Shown in pieces: positions 9,031-17,974 of a stretch of 64,000 nucleotides of DNA (position 1 is the stretch's first letter; each line of letters begins with the position of its first letter). The DNA is from Atopobiaceae bacterium. GTDB taxonomy: Bacteria; Actinomycetota; Coriobacteriia; Coriobacteriales; Atopobiaceae. The notes below the pieces were generated by a model. The model ran no database searches, had not been told where the DNA came from, and saw only the letters and a list, made by a program, of their open reading frames with translations. The stretch is taken from NCBI GenBank assembly GCA_022483015.1, contig JAKVOB010000001.1:952902-1016901 (forward strand). Reading direction: 5' to 3'. The translations under genes were made by a program, and so were the position numbers.

Positions 9031-10262
9031 CGTTCCTGGCCCCTCTCCTCGCGCTGCGGCTGCCGTGCAGGTGCGTTGCCCTTCATGCTCGTCGGTCCTA
9101 GCCCGCGGATGGTGTCGATCGTGCTACTGGTGCTTTCGCCGGGTGTCTTGCCAGGGCTGTCGTCATGCTCGGGGAGGATGCCATTCCTACTCGCGTAGGC
9201 GCGTGCCCGCGTGATCCTGCGCACGGCTCCCTCGTCGTTCCTCGACCTGGCCCTTGTCGCTCCGGCGTCGAGCTGTTCTAGGGACGTCGCATGGTTCTCC
9301 CGGGCTGTGCCCACGGTTTCGGCGAGGCGACGGAGCTCCGCCAGGTCCCGTACCTCCATGGCGTCTCGGGCGATCGCTTCGATGCGTCCCCGGGAGCCCT
9401 CGGGGGTCTTCGCCCTGCGAGGACTCGACAGCTCGCGGGTCACGTTCGGCCTCTGGTAGTCGGTGCCGAGCCGCGTGCCGGTGACGCATCGGGACGGCTG
9501 GGCGGAGAGCGCGAACTTCCAGTCCCCGTTCCTGGTGTCCTCGACCGTGATGCCCATCGTGGAGAGGACGTCCCTGAGGTCGTCCGCATCTCGTGCGACG
9601 CCCCTTGCGATGTCGACTCGGGCCCGGATGTCGGTAACCCAGGAGTAGCCGTCTCTCTCTGCAATCTCGGACTCCTCGCGCCCGACGTGGACCCTCTGGT
9701 AGTCCGTCCGCGCCCCAGTCTCGCGCGTGTCGCGATGGTCCGGGTCGAGCCTTCCCTCGAAGTGAGAGAGACCCATCTCTTGCGAGATCGCCTGGAGTCG
9801 TCCGTTGAGCGCCCCTGGGTCTGGGTCCTGCAGGCGCCGGCCCGTCCTCACGTTGGTGTTGTTCACGATCACATGGGCGTGGGGGACGTGGTTCTCGTTG
9901 TCGTCGTGGTAGACGATGGCGACCTGGAAGTCGAGGAAGGAATCCCTCGCCCAGGATGTCGCCATCACCCTGAGCCGAGCGAGCGTGACGGCGTCGGCTG
10001 GGTCGGGGGAGAGGACGTAGTGCTTGTAGGTGCGAGCCTGTCGCCCTCGCCACGGCGAGTTGTTTCCCTCCGCGGCACGCCGGTCGTCCATGGCCTCGTC
10101 CCAGGCATAGTCCTCGTACACGGGGAGCCCGTCCTCGTCCTCTCCGATGACAGGGGCGTCGAGTTCGAGGTAGTCATGCGCCAAGGCTCGACCGTCCCGT
10201 TCGAAGTAGCGTCTTGCGCCTGCGAGGCCGGTGTGACCCGATATGGGCTTCACGTACGTCAT
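9027..10262 (-). CDS. Relaxase/mobilization nuclease (MobP-type, Pfam Relaxase-like)
   Basis: MTYVKPISGHTGLAGARRYFERDGR... with histidine triad YHDDNENHVPHAHVIVNN. Start taken at ATG 10262, 8 nt after the mobC stop, rather than at track start 10418. Confidence 0.9.
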   Translation of the reverse strand: MTYVKPISGHTGLAGARRYFERDGRALAHDYLELDAPVIGEDEDGLPVYEDYAWDEAMDDRRAAEGNNSPWRGRQARTYKHYVLSPDPADAVTLARLRVMATSWARDSFLDFQVAIVYHDDNENHVPHAHVIVNNTNVRTGRRLQDPDPGALNGRLQAISQEMGLSHFEGRLDPDHRDTRETGARTDYQRVHVGREESEIAERDGYSWVTDIRARVDIARGVARDADDLRDVLSTMGITVEDTRNGDWKFALSAQPSRCVTGTRLGTDYQRPNVTRELSSPRRAKTPEGSRGRIEAIARDAMEVRDLAELRRLAETVGTARENHATSLEQLDAGATRARSRNDEGAVRRITRARAYASRNGILPEHDDSPGKTPGESTSSTIDTIRGLGPTSMKGNAPARQPQREERGQER

Positions 10263-10269
10263 CGTACGC

Positions 10270-10692
10270 TCACCAGACGAAGAAGCTGGGTCGGTCCGAC
10301 ATCGCAGAGACGTCCTCGCGGAGGCAGCCGAGCGAGTCCTTGACGAAGGACATGTCCGCATGGACGAGCGAGAGCACCTCCGCGACGTCCTCGGGGTCCG
10401 CATCGCCCTCTCGAACACCCTTGGCCATGGTGTTGAGGGCTCGCACGGACTGGTTGTAGAGCGTGCCTATGGCATGGAGGTTGTAGGAGACCTCGTGGGA
10501 GGTTGCGTAGTCGAACACGATCGGCGCGCCGGAGAGAAGATGGGTGCATGGCAGCTGCACGTAGTGGGCGAAGAGGCGGACGAGGTCGGTCTTGTTGACG
10601 CCATATGCCTCTGCGGCCTTCGCAAGGGCGTCGTCCTCCTCTACCGAGAGCCGCAGCCACAGGCGTCTTGGCCTCGTCTCGTTGCCAACCAT
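10270..10692 (-). CDS. mobC: MobC-family relaxosome accessory protein (ribbon-helix-helix)
   Basis: RLWLRLSVEEDDALAKAAEAYGVNKTDLVR (RHH-like) and GTLYNQSVRALN (MobC N-x-NQ-like motif). Immediately upstream of the relaxase. An alternative start is at 10749. Confidence 0.75.
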   Translation of the reverse strand: MVGNETRPRRLWLRLSVEEDDALAKAAEAYGVNKTDLVRLFAHYVQLPCTHLLSGAPIVFDYATSHEVSYNLHAIGTLYNQSVRALNTMAKGVREGDADPEDVAEVLSLVHADMSFVKDSLGCLREDVSAMSDRPSFFVW

Positions 10693-10838
10693 TCGGATCA
10701 CCCCAGGGGCGCGGGGGCTCCCCCGCAACGCTTCGCATGGAGCCGACACGCGCGACCGCGAGACGCCTCCCCGACAGACGACAGTCTGAGGGGAGCGCGG
10801 CGCGGCCGTGGCGCTGTTGGCGAGAATGGCGAACGAGT

Positions 10839-10870
10839 CCTATTCCGCACACTTGTGTGCACGGAATAGG
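10839..10870. promoter_or_regulatory. Inverted repeat upstream of mobC; candidate oriT or operator
   Basis: CCTATTCCG-cacacttgtgtgca-CGGAATAGG, with the spacer itself partly palindromic. It lies in the mobC upstream region exactly at the GC-content break. Confidence 0.3.
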
Positions 10871-10954
10871 CTACTTGCTGACTGGGCGCGTAGAATGAGG
10901 CAGCTACAAATTGTCAATACAGGATTGCAAAGAAACTTCGAATTGAACGGCGGT

Positions 10955-13900
10955 ATGATGGATTCAACTCAATCTAATCTCGGCCAAGCGGTGTTTGATA
11001 TCGCGCAGGCCGCCAATAACTCAGCAAATGAGGAACAGCTAAAAGTCGCTATTGAGGGAGTTCTTCGTACCCTTTGTGTGTCTCACGACGTGTTCTGGAA
11101 TCCGTATACTCTTGAAAAGAGCTTTCTCGGAGGAAGAAAACGACTCGACGTGGTTCATGGTGCAGTCGTAATCGAGTACGAGCCCCCTCGGTCGTTCAAT
11201 GCCAAGATTAATGCTCAACTACGCCATGCAAGGAAACAGGTCGAAGAGTATTCGGTTTTACTTTCATCTGAAGAGGGACGTGCAATTGAGGAATATACCC
11301 TAATTGTATTCGACGGCGTAACAATTGATTATGGAAAATGGACTCAAGGCAGTGTCGTCTGGGAGACACAGAAGCCATTCGATAAGGAAGACTTGGTCCG
11401 AGTACTGAGGAGCATCGAGGAAAACGGTAATCCTCTTGTAAGTCCTGCGCTGCTAACACAAATCGTTGGTCCAGACACGAAAGTCGGAAGAGCGCTGCTT
11501 CCCGCCCTTTATAAGCTGGTTGTTGCTGCGTGCGATTCAAAAGAGACTACAAGAACGAAACTCATTTTTACTGAGTGGGAGAGGCTCTTTGGTGAAGTCG
11601 ACGGTGATGCAACCTCACGCCTTGATGACTATCTGAGACAGATTAGCAAAGAGCATAGTGTCGAGTATTCTCACAATCCGCAAGCGTACGTGTTCGCTTT
11701 GAACACGTATATTGCCATTGTGGCGAAGCTCGTATCAGCGTTCACTCTTCAAGTGAGTCGGGAGTTCATTCAAAACCAGTCGCTTCCTACGCTCGATTTC
11801 TTCGAGTTGGTTGAGAGAGGAGATTTCTTTGCTGACTCAGGAATCAAGAACATGCTATCTGTTGACTTCTTTTCATGGTATGTCTCCGAAGAGGGATCAG
11901 ACCAATTAGTAGAAGGACTCTCTCTGCTTCTGAATGAGCTCAGGCTCGTAAACTTCGACATCACCCGGAAGAGTCCCTCCTCGGTTCGCGATTTGTTTAA
12001 GGGCCTCTATATGGGCTTTACTCCATCTGCATTGCGGCATGCGCTTGGAGAGTATTACACCCCGGATTGGCTTGCCGATCATGTGGTGAACTGTTCTGGG
12101 TGGAAGACCGAAGAGTCATTCCTTGACCCAACTTGTGGATCCGGCACTTTCGTTCTAGAAGCGTTAAAGAGACGCATTGAGAAAGCAAGTCCCGAGGATA
12201 CAGCAGAGAAGCTGCTGGATGGCCTTTTTGGATTTGACCTAAACCCCCTAGCCGTTCTTACGACAAGAGCATCGATTGTGGTGTTCTTATCAGATAGATT
12301 TGATGCTGCGCATCCAGTTCTTCTCCCCATCTATCTTGCTGATGCAATCAATACCGCAGATCCAATTATGGGCACCTTTCGGCATTCGTTTCTCACTGAG
12401 CGGGGCGAGAGATCCTTTCTAATACCTGAGGCCCTGGCGCGCGATGATGAGTTTTATGATGTCATGAACTCTTTGAAGAATCTAATAGATGGTGATGCTT
12501 CATCCGATAAGTGTCTGAAGTCGCTAACGCGGTTTATCAGTGTACGAAACCTCTCCTCACTGGACAGCGCTCATCTTGCTGAGACGGTTGGCAGCCTGGT
12601 GTCCCTTCATAAAGACCACTGGAATGGAATATGGTGCTCGATCCTCTTCGATCGAATTGCTGCCGGTTGTGTACATGATATTGATGCCGTTGTCGGTAAT
12701 CCTCCATGGGTGAAATGGAGCAATTTGCCTCGCGCGTATGCTGAATTCATCAAGCCAATATGTAACGACATGGAGATATTTAGCGAGGACACTTGGGTCG
12801 GTGGTATTCAATCTGATATTTCGACGGTAGTGTTCTACAAGGATTTTGGGCGGTTCGTAAAGCGCGGCGGGACACTCGCATTTCTAATTACTGGGTCAGT
12901 TTTCAAAAACGAGTCGAGTCAAGGGTTTCGTAGATGGACCCTGGTTCATCAGGATGACTCAGGAGAGATTGTTAAAGAGCCGTTTTCGGTCTCTTTTGTC
13001 GAGGACTATCAAGCAGTGAAACCATTCGATGGCGTTGCAGCAAATTGGCCTACGCTAATTGTGGCTAGGAGAGACGGGTCTTCTACGGGTTATCCGGTGC
13101 CGTATCGGCGTTGGGCCCCTGGTATAGCATCCTCCAAGCACTACTCAGATGATGCTGAGTTTTCCGAGTCTTGTGAAAGGGAGGACCTAGTTGCTATTCC
13201 TGTGCCAGGAACTGATGCGGGGCCATGGCTTGATGGCTGCCCTGCAGATATACAGATTTGGAATCAGTTGTTTACGAGGCACGGCGAGTCTTCTGAATAT
13301 GCGGCTCGCAAGGGGATTACAACAGATGCCAACGGAATCTACTTTGTGGACACCTCGGAGGCACATGGTTGCTCTGGGATGGTTAGGGTTGCCAATAACC
13401 CAGATAACGGTAGAAGAAGGGATATACGGCGTCTGGCCACAGAAATAGAAACGGACTGTGTCTATCCCTTGCTAAAGGGACGGGGCATCAGCAGGTTTAA
13501 CGCATCGGTTGGACAGCACTCCGGAGTGATAGTCCCGCAGACCGGCATGAGCGGTGACGAAGATTTGCCAGTGAATTGTCCAAGTACGTTTGGGTTTCTC
13601 AGCCAGTTTAAGAAGGTACTTATTCAGCGTTCAAGCTATCGTCGGTTCCAACAGGGGAAACCGTATTGGTCGGTTTGGTCAACTGGACCCTATACGTTCT
13701 CTCCATATAAGGTTGTGTGGAAAGAGATGAGTGGCAGGAATTTTGTTGCTGCATATGTTGGGTCTGTCGCCATCAACGGCATGGACAAAAGAGTTGTGGT
13801 ACCTGATCATAAAGTCTATTTTGTGCCCGTGGAAACTCTTGAAGAGGCCGCCTATCTATGCGGATTCTTGAATGCTCCGATTGTCTCCCGGGCAATCTCG

Positions 13901-14092
13901 TCCTACGCGCCAGCCCTTAGTCTTGGCACTAGTGTGACGGAGTATCTTGCCATTCCCCCTTTTAATAAGGATTGCAGGGAGATGAGGGAGTTGTCAGACC
14001 TAGCGATTGCTATTACTGAGGGAGATACTTCCTATGATGATGAGGGGGATAGCCTGTCTCTGCTGGTTGATAGCCTCTTACATGAGGAATGA
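10955..14092 (+). CDS. Type IIG/Eco57I-like N6-adenine DNA methyltransferase fusion (N-terminal nuclease-like region, gamma-class MTase core, TaqI_C-like C-terminal region)
   Basis: YYTPDWLA, motif I DPTCGSGTF (12125-12151), motif IV NPPW (12698-12709). N-terminal LDVVHGAVVIEYEPP. Start is uncertain (ATG 10955 or 10895). The track start 10808 runs through the GC-rich IR and is unlikely. Confidence 0.85.
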   Translation: MMDSTQSNLGQAVFDIAQAANNSANEEQLKVAIEGVLRTLCVSHDVFWNPYTLEKSFLGGRKRLDVVHGAVVIEYEPPRSFNAKINAQLRHARKQVEEYSVLLSSEEGRAIEEYTLIVFDGVTIDYGKWTQGSVVWETQKPFDKEDLVRVLRSIEENGNPLVSPALLTQIVGPDTKVGRALLPALYKLVVAACDSKETTRTKLIFTEWERLFGEVDGDATSRLDDYLRQISKEHSVEYSHNPQAYVFALNTYIAIVAKLVSAFTLQVSREFIQNQSLPTLDFFELVERGDFFADSGIKNMLSVDFFSWYVSEEGSDQLVEGLSLLLNELRLVNFDITRKSPSSVRDLFKGLYMGFTPSALRHALGEYYTPDWLADHVVNCSGWKTEESFLDPTCGSGTFVLEALKRRIEKASPEDTAEKLLDGLFGFDLNPLAVLTTRASIVVFLSDRFDAAHPVLLPIYLADAINTADPIMGTFRHSFLTERGERSFLIPEALARDDEFYDVMNSLKNLIDGDASSDKCLKSLTRFISVRNLSSLDSAHLAETVGSLVSLHKDHWNGIWCSILFDRIAAGCVHDIDAVVGNPPWVKWSNLPRAYAEFIKPICNDMEIFSEDTWVGGIQSDISTVVFYKDFGRFVKRGGTLAFLITGSVFKNESSQGFRRWTLVHQDDSGEIVKEPFSVSFVEDYQAVKPFDGVAANWPTLIVARRDGSSTGYPVPYRRWAPGIASSKHYSDDAEFSESCEREDLVAIPVPGTDAGPWLDGCPADIQIWNQLFTRHGESSEYAARKGITTDANGIYFVDTSEAHGCSGMVRVANNPDNGRRRDIRRLATEIETDCVYPLLKGRGISRFNASVGQHSGVIVPQTGMSGDEDLPVNCPSTFGFLSQFKKVLIQRSSYRRFQQGKPYWSVWSTGPYTFSPYKVVWKEMSGRNFVAAYVGSVAINGMDKRVVVPDHKVYFVPVETLEEAAYLCGFLNAPIVSRAISSYAPALSLGTSVTEYLAIPPFNKDCREMRELSDLAIAITEGDTSYDDEGDSLSLLVDSLLHEE

Positions 14093-14658
14093 ATCTAGCC
14101 ACCTATGCCGATAGATGTGGGCTTTGACAGCTTCCCTCGTGTGTCGAGCGCTCCATGCGTGGAGGGGGTGGGGACGGCAGACGCGAGAGCCCAACTGAGG
14201 CCTCATTATCCAAATTCCTGTGCAGATCGGTCTTGGCAAAGTCGTACCACGCGTCCGACTGCTACCGGGAATGTTGTCCATATTGGAAGAACGGAGATGG
14301 TTATTATCGACTATTGGTGACCCATTGACCTGGTGATGATTCTCCTGAATTCGCAAGTAGTCTCGTACGCGGTGTTGTCTTAGGTACTTGCCCTCGGGAG
14401 TTCTTGGAACGGAATCGTCTTTTAGTGGAGGGGCAGGCGTGTATGAACTCACATCAGTAATAAGTGCCGCTCGCCCGATAGTACAATTAGCCGTGAATCA
14501 AAGTGCGCCCCTTTGTACATGCACCATTGAGTGCAAGAAGAGGCGGAATGCCATCGCATTCTGAGAGGCGTGGGGCAATGCCTGCTTCATCGTTTCCGAA
14601 CGCCGGACATTGATATCGAGCATGACGTCACAGCCATGTATGGATAGGTTGGTGCTTC

Positions 14659-16368
14659 TTGCGACTTCATGAGTTAACCATACAGAACTACCGCGGTCTG
14701 AAGAACTGCCGCATCTTGTTAGGGGACGATTCTCCGCTCTCATGTCTGATTGGTCCAGGTGACTCCGGAAAGAGCACTGTCCTGTCTGCCGTGGAGTGGG
14801 CCTTTTGGCCGCGTTATAACCTGGGTGTCGGCGATGTCGACTTCTACAAATGCGATACGTCACAGCCAATTGTGATTGCAGCGTCGGTGAGCGGGTTTCC
14901 AGACGAGCTGTTGAAGGAGAGTAAGTTTGCGCTCTACCAGAGAGGTCTTCCACTTGATGGCGGAGGATTCGGCGAAGACGATGATCCCAAGGACGGGCGG
15001 CGCGTGCTAACCGTCAGACTTACCATTGGGAGTGATCTTGAGCCTTCGTGGGAAGTTATCAAGAACAATCGCGAGCCGAAACGAATCGGTGCTTCAGATA
15101 GGGCCATGATTCCCGTCTGCGTGGTTGGCAGCGGCGCTGGTAAAGACACGACATGGGGAAGGCATTCGCTACTCCAGAGATATGCGACATCAAATAGCGC
15201 AATGAAATCGACCTCTATCGAGGCACTCCGTCGACTCAGTACGCTGGAACTCTCGGATCTCGATGCGGCGACAGCCGAGCTGCCTAAACAGGTTGAATCG
15301 TTTGGCGTGAATGTCAGTGGCGATTCCTTTGTGAACCGGTTTCTGATGACTGGCGCTCAGCTCCCCTCGCAGGCAGGACTATTTGACGGTGATGCTCCTC
15401 TTGCGCTGCTTGGTACGGGATCAAGAAGGCTGTTCTCCATAGCCATGGGATTCCGCCTGTCCCAAAACGGTTCTCTAGTTCTAGTTGATGAGATTGAGAG
15501 CGGCCTTGAGCCCCATAGGCTATGCAACCTAATCCAGCTTCTAAGAGCTATGGGGTCTGACGTCCATTCGCACGTGATTTTCACGACTCACTCTCCCGTA
15601 GCACTTAGAGAGATGCAAAGCGATGAACTGTACGCGTTCCATTGCTTAGGCGGGATAGCCCAATCGCATCCGCTCGCTTCAGATGACAACGAAATCTCAA
15701 ACGATGTTCAGGCTCAGCTGCGTAAATCAGCGGAGTCATTTCTCGCCAAACGTGTTGTGGTTTGCGAAGGAAGCACCGAAGTGGGGGTTCTTCGGGCGAT
15801 TGACTGTAGCATTCGCGAGAAAGATGATTATGGAATCACCGCGGCCGGGGTCGCTCCATCGGACGCGGGAGGTGGAAAAAACATGTTCAAGTATGCCCGG
15901 CACTTTAAAGATGCTGGCTATGACGTGTGCATTTTTATGGACTCTGACAAACCCTACGAAGATGACAAGAAGGCAATGAGGGACAACGGCATTTCCGTGT
16001 TTGACTGTGACGAGGGGCTCTTTCTGGAGCAGCAGGTTTTCACAGATGTGGATTTCGAAGGGGTAAGGGAGCTCCTCTACTATGTTGAAAAGAAGATCGG
16101 AAAGCAGCGTGTCGGCGATCAGCTGAGATGCCAGGGATTGCACCTGGACGAGATCTTTGCTCCTGGCCAGGATGGTCTGACCCTGGTGCTTCGCCAGCGT
16201 CTTGGAAAGATTGCGGGCGAGAAGGGATGGTTCAAGTCCGTTACGGGCGGCGAGATACTCGGAACCATTGCTCTAAAACATCTTCGGGTCAACGAAGGTC
16301 CTGATGGCAATACGACCCTTGCCAATCACTTCGCCGGGATTTCGAGGTGGGCAATTGGGCAGGATTGA
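14659..16368 (+). CDS. gajA: OLD-family ATP-dependent endonuclease (ABC-type ATPase + TOPRIM), Gabija GajA-like
   Basis: TTG start giving MRLHELTIQNYRGL. Walker A GPGDSGKST (14752-14778). Walker B LVLVDEIESGLEP. TOPRIM Glu in VVVCEGSTE (15766-15768) and DSD (15940-15948). Followed by a UvrD-like helicase. Confidence 0.85.
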   Translation: MRLHELTIQNYRGLKNCRILLGDDSPLSCLIGPGDSGKSTVLSAVEWAFWPRYNLGVGDVDFYKCDTSQPIVIAASVSGFPDELLKESKFALYQRGLPLDGGGFGEDDDPKDGRRVLTVRLTIGSDLEPSWEVIKNNREPKRIGASDRAMIPVCVVGSGAGKDTTWGRHSLLQRYATSNSAMKSTSIEALRRLSTLELSDLDAATAELPKQVESFGVNVSGDSFVNRFLMTGAQLPSQAGLFDGDAPLALLGTGSRRLFSIAMGFRLSQNGSLVLVDEIESGLEPHRLCNLIQLLRAMGSDVHSHVIFTTHSPVALREMQSDELYAFHCLGGIAQSHPLASDDNEISNDVQAQLRKSAESFLAKRVVVCEGSTEVGVLRAIDCSIREKDDYGITAAGVAPSDAGGGKNMFKYARHFKDAGYDVCIFMDSDKPYEDDKKAMRDNGISVFDCDEGLFLEQQVFTDVDFEGVRELLYYVEKKIGKQRVGDQLRCQGLHLDEIFAPGQDGLTLVLRQRLGKIAGEKGWFKSVTGGEILGTIALKHLRVNEGPDGNTTLANHFAGISRWAIGQD

Positions 16369-16387
16369 GCTGTTGTCTGATGCCGAC

Positions 16388-17779
16388 ATGTGCTTGCAGC
16401 GAGTTGCTGCTGTTGCGCCTGCGGGGTTTGGAAAGACTGAGCGCATAGCTGGGGCAGTGGCATCTCCCAATGCGAGGACCTTGATTCTGACTCACACGAA
16501 CGCGGGTGTTCGTGCTCTGAGGCAACGCATCTACTCGAAGGAGGTCCCGGCGTTCTCGTATCGTGTTGCGACGATTGCCGGGTGGTGCGAGTCTTGGGTG
16601 TCCACATATCGTGCGACGACCGGATATTCCTCGTTTGCAGAGTTAAAGGGAGCGTCTCCCAGCGCCTACTATCCAAGGGTTTACGCTGCCATGAAGAAGC
16701 TTCTCGGGTGCGAATGGGTGGCAGACTCGTTAAAATCCTCCTACTCGAGAGTGCTTGTTGACGAGTACCAGGATTGCACCATGACACAGAATGAGCTCAT
16801 TCTGTCGCTCTCCGAAACCATCCCCATTACTGTCTTCGGCGACCCAATGCAAGGTATCTTCTACTGGACGAAAGACGACCAGCTGGTGAACTGGGGATGC
16901 CTCAACATGCCCATACGGGATATGGGCGGGAAGCCGTGGCGTTGGATAAACTCTGGGCATGAGAGCTTAGGCAGATACGTTCAAGAGGTGAGAGAGATGC
17001 TCCTGCCTACTCTAGATGGGCGGGATGTTTCGTTGACGCTCAAGACAGATTGCTCCGATGTCCAGATTATTAGTAAAGATGAACTGCGTAAGTGGCAACC
17101 TGAGCGTAATGACGGGAGTGCTGTATTTCTTTCGACGATTAAGGGAGTACAGAACGGGTTCTCGAACCGTCACCATGGCTTCCAATCGAACGAGGCAGTG
17201 GATAATCCTGAGGCAAAGGAATTCTGTGAACGTGTAGACAGCGAGGTCGGCACCGATCTCGCTCTGGTGGTGCTCGGTTTTCTCGGCAGATGCTATACGC
17301 GAATGAACCAGCAGATGTCTTCGTATGTTCGCCACTTGAAAAACGGTGATTTCGACTTCAGGCGAATTAGCAAACATAGTGACGTCGGGAGGACCCTCAC
17401 CGTCCTCGAGAGCCACTCTACTATTGAAGCGGTATGGAACATCATCTCTGCAGTAAATGAGTGCAAGGATTTCAGGCTTTATCGCGGTGTCTTGGTCTGG
17501 GAGGTCACCAAGGCCCTCGAGCTTGCTATGGAAAATCAGACCACTGCTCTTGAGGGGCTGGAGCTTTGCAGGAGCAGAGGAGTGTCTTTCAGGGATTACT
17601 GTCCGTTTCCCCGCTTGTCATCCAGAACTGTGCTCTCCAAGGGGTTGGAATACGATACCTCCATCGTGGATGTGTCGAGCATGCCAGACCCAAGAGATCT
17701 CTACGTTGCGATATCTCGCTGCAAAAAGAAGCTGGTTCTCGTTTCGGATTGTCAAACGCTGCAGCTCCGTGGAATCTAA
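16388..17779 (+). CDS. gajB: UvrD/Rep-like superfamily-1 helicase, Gabija GajB-like
   Basis: APAGFGKT, VLVDEYQD (16760-16774), VFGDPMQGIF, SKGLEYDTSIV, LYVAISRCKKKLVLV. Start is ATG 16388, or CTG/TTG at 16370/16373 directly after the gajA stop. Confidence 0.85.
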   Translation: MCLQRVAAVAPAGFGKTERIAGAVASPNARTLILTHTNAGVRALRQRIYSKEVPAFSYRVATIAGWCESWVSTYRATTGYSSFAELKGASPSAYYPRVYAAMKKLLGCEWVADSLKSSYSRVLVDEYQDCTMTQNELILSLSETIPITVFGDPMQGIFYWTKDDQLVNWGCLNMPIRDMGGKPWRWINSGHESLGRYVQEVREMLLPTLDGRDVSLTLKTDCSDVQIISKDELRKWQPERNDGSAVFLSTIKGVQNGFSNRHHGFQSNEAVDNPEAKEFCERVDSEVGTDLALVVLGFLGRCYTRMNQQMSSYVRHLKNGDFDFRRISKHSDVGRTLTVLESHSTIEAVWNIISAVNECKDFRLYRGVLVWEVTKALELAMENQTTALEGLELCRSRGVSFRDYCPFPRLSSRTVLSKGLEYDTSIVDVSSMPDPRDLYVAISRCKKKLVLVSDCQTLQLRGI

Positions 17780-17823
17780 GTGCGTCGACTCTCATACTCC
17801 CGAGACGGATGGTCTCGCATTTT

Positions 17824-17858
17824 CCCTCACGCGCGTTAGGTGTTCCTGCGCGTGAGGG
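17824..17858 (+). terminator. Stem-loop closing the AT-rich cargo block
   Basis: CCCTCACGCGC-13 nt-GCGCGTGAGGG, 45 nt after the gajB stop. Confidence 0.5.
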
Positions 17859-17974
17859 GAGCGGCCGCGGGAGGGCTTGGCTGCGGCCGTGGCGGTGGAA
17901 AAGGGGGTGCCGCCCACGTTCTCCGTGGACGGCACCTTTGCCACCGTGGGCGGTCAGTCCTTTGTCCTAGGGTC

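Noticed and set aside
10808-10954. N-terminal extension of the methyltransferase from the track start at 10808
   Set aside because: The extension runs through the GC-rich mobC upstream inverted repeat and a TAGAAT -10-like box. The composition change and the MMDSTQ start at 10955 (or 10895) are more plausible.
14078-14953. Minus-strand ORFs 14078-14452 (124 aa) and 14498-14953 (151 aa), and + ORF 14105-14320
   Set aside because: They have biased junk-like composition and no RBS, and the second runs antisense into gajA. The region is kept as an unexplained spacer instead.
17566-17970. ORFs overlapping the end of gajB and the following GC-rich spacer
   Set aside because: They are out of frame with gajB, have Arg/Pro/Trp-rich translations, and span a hairpin terminator.
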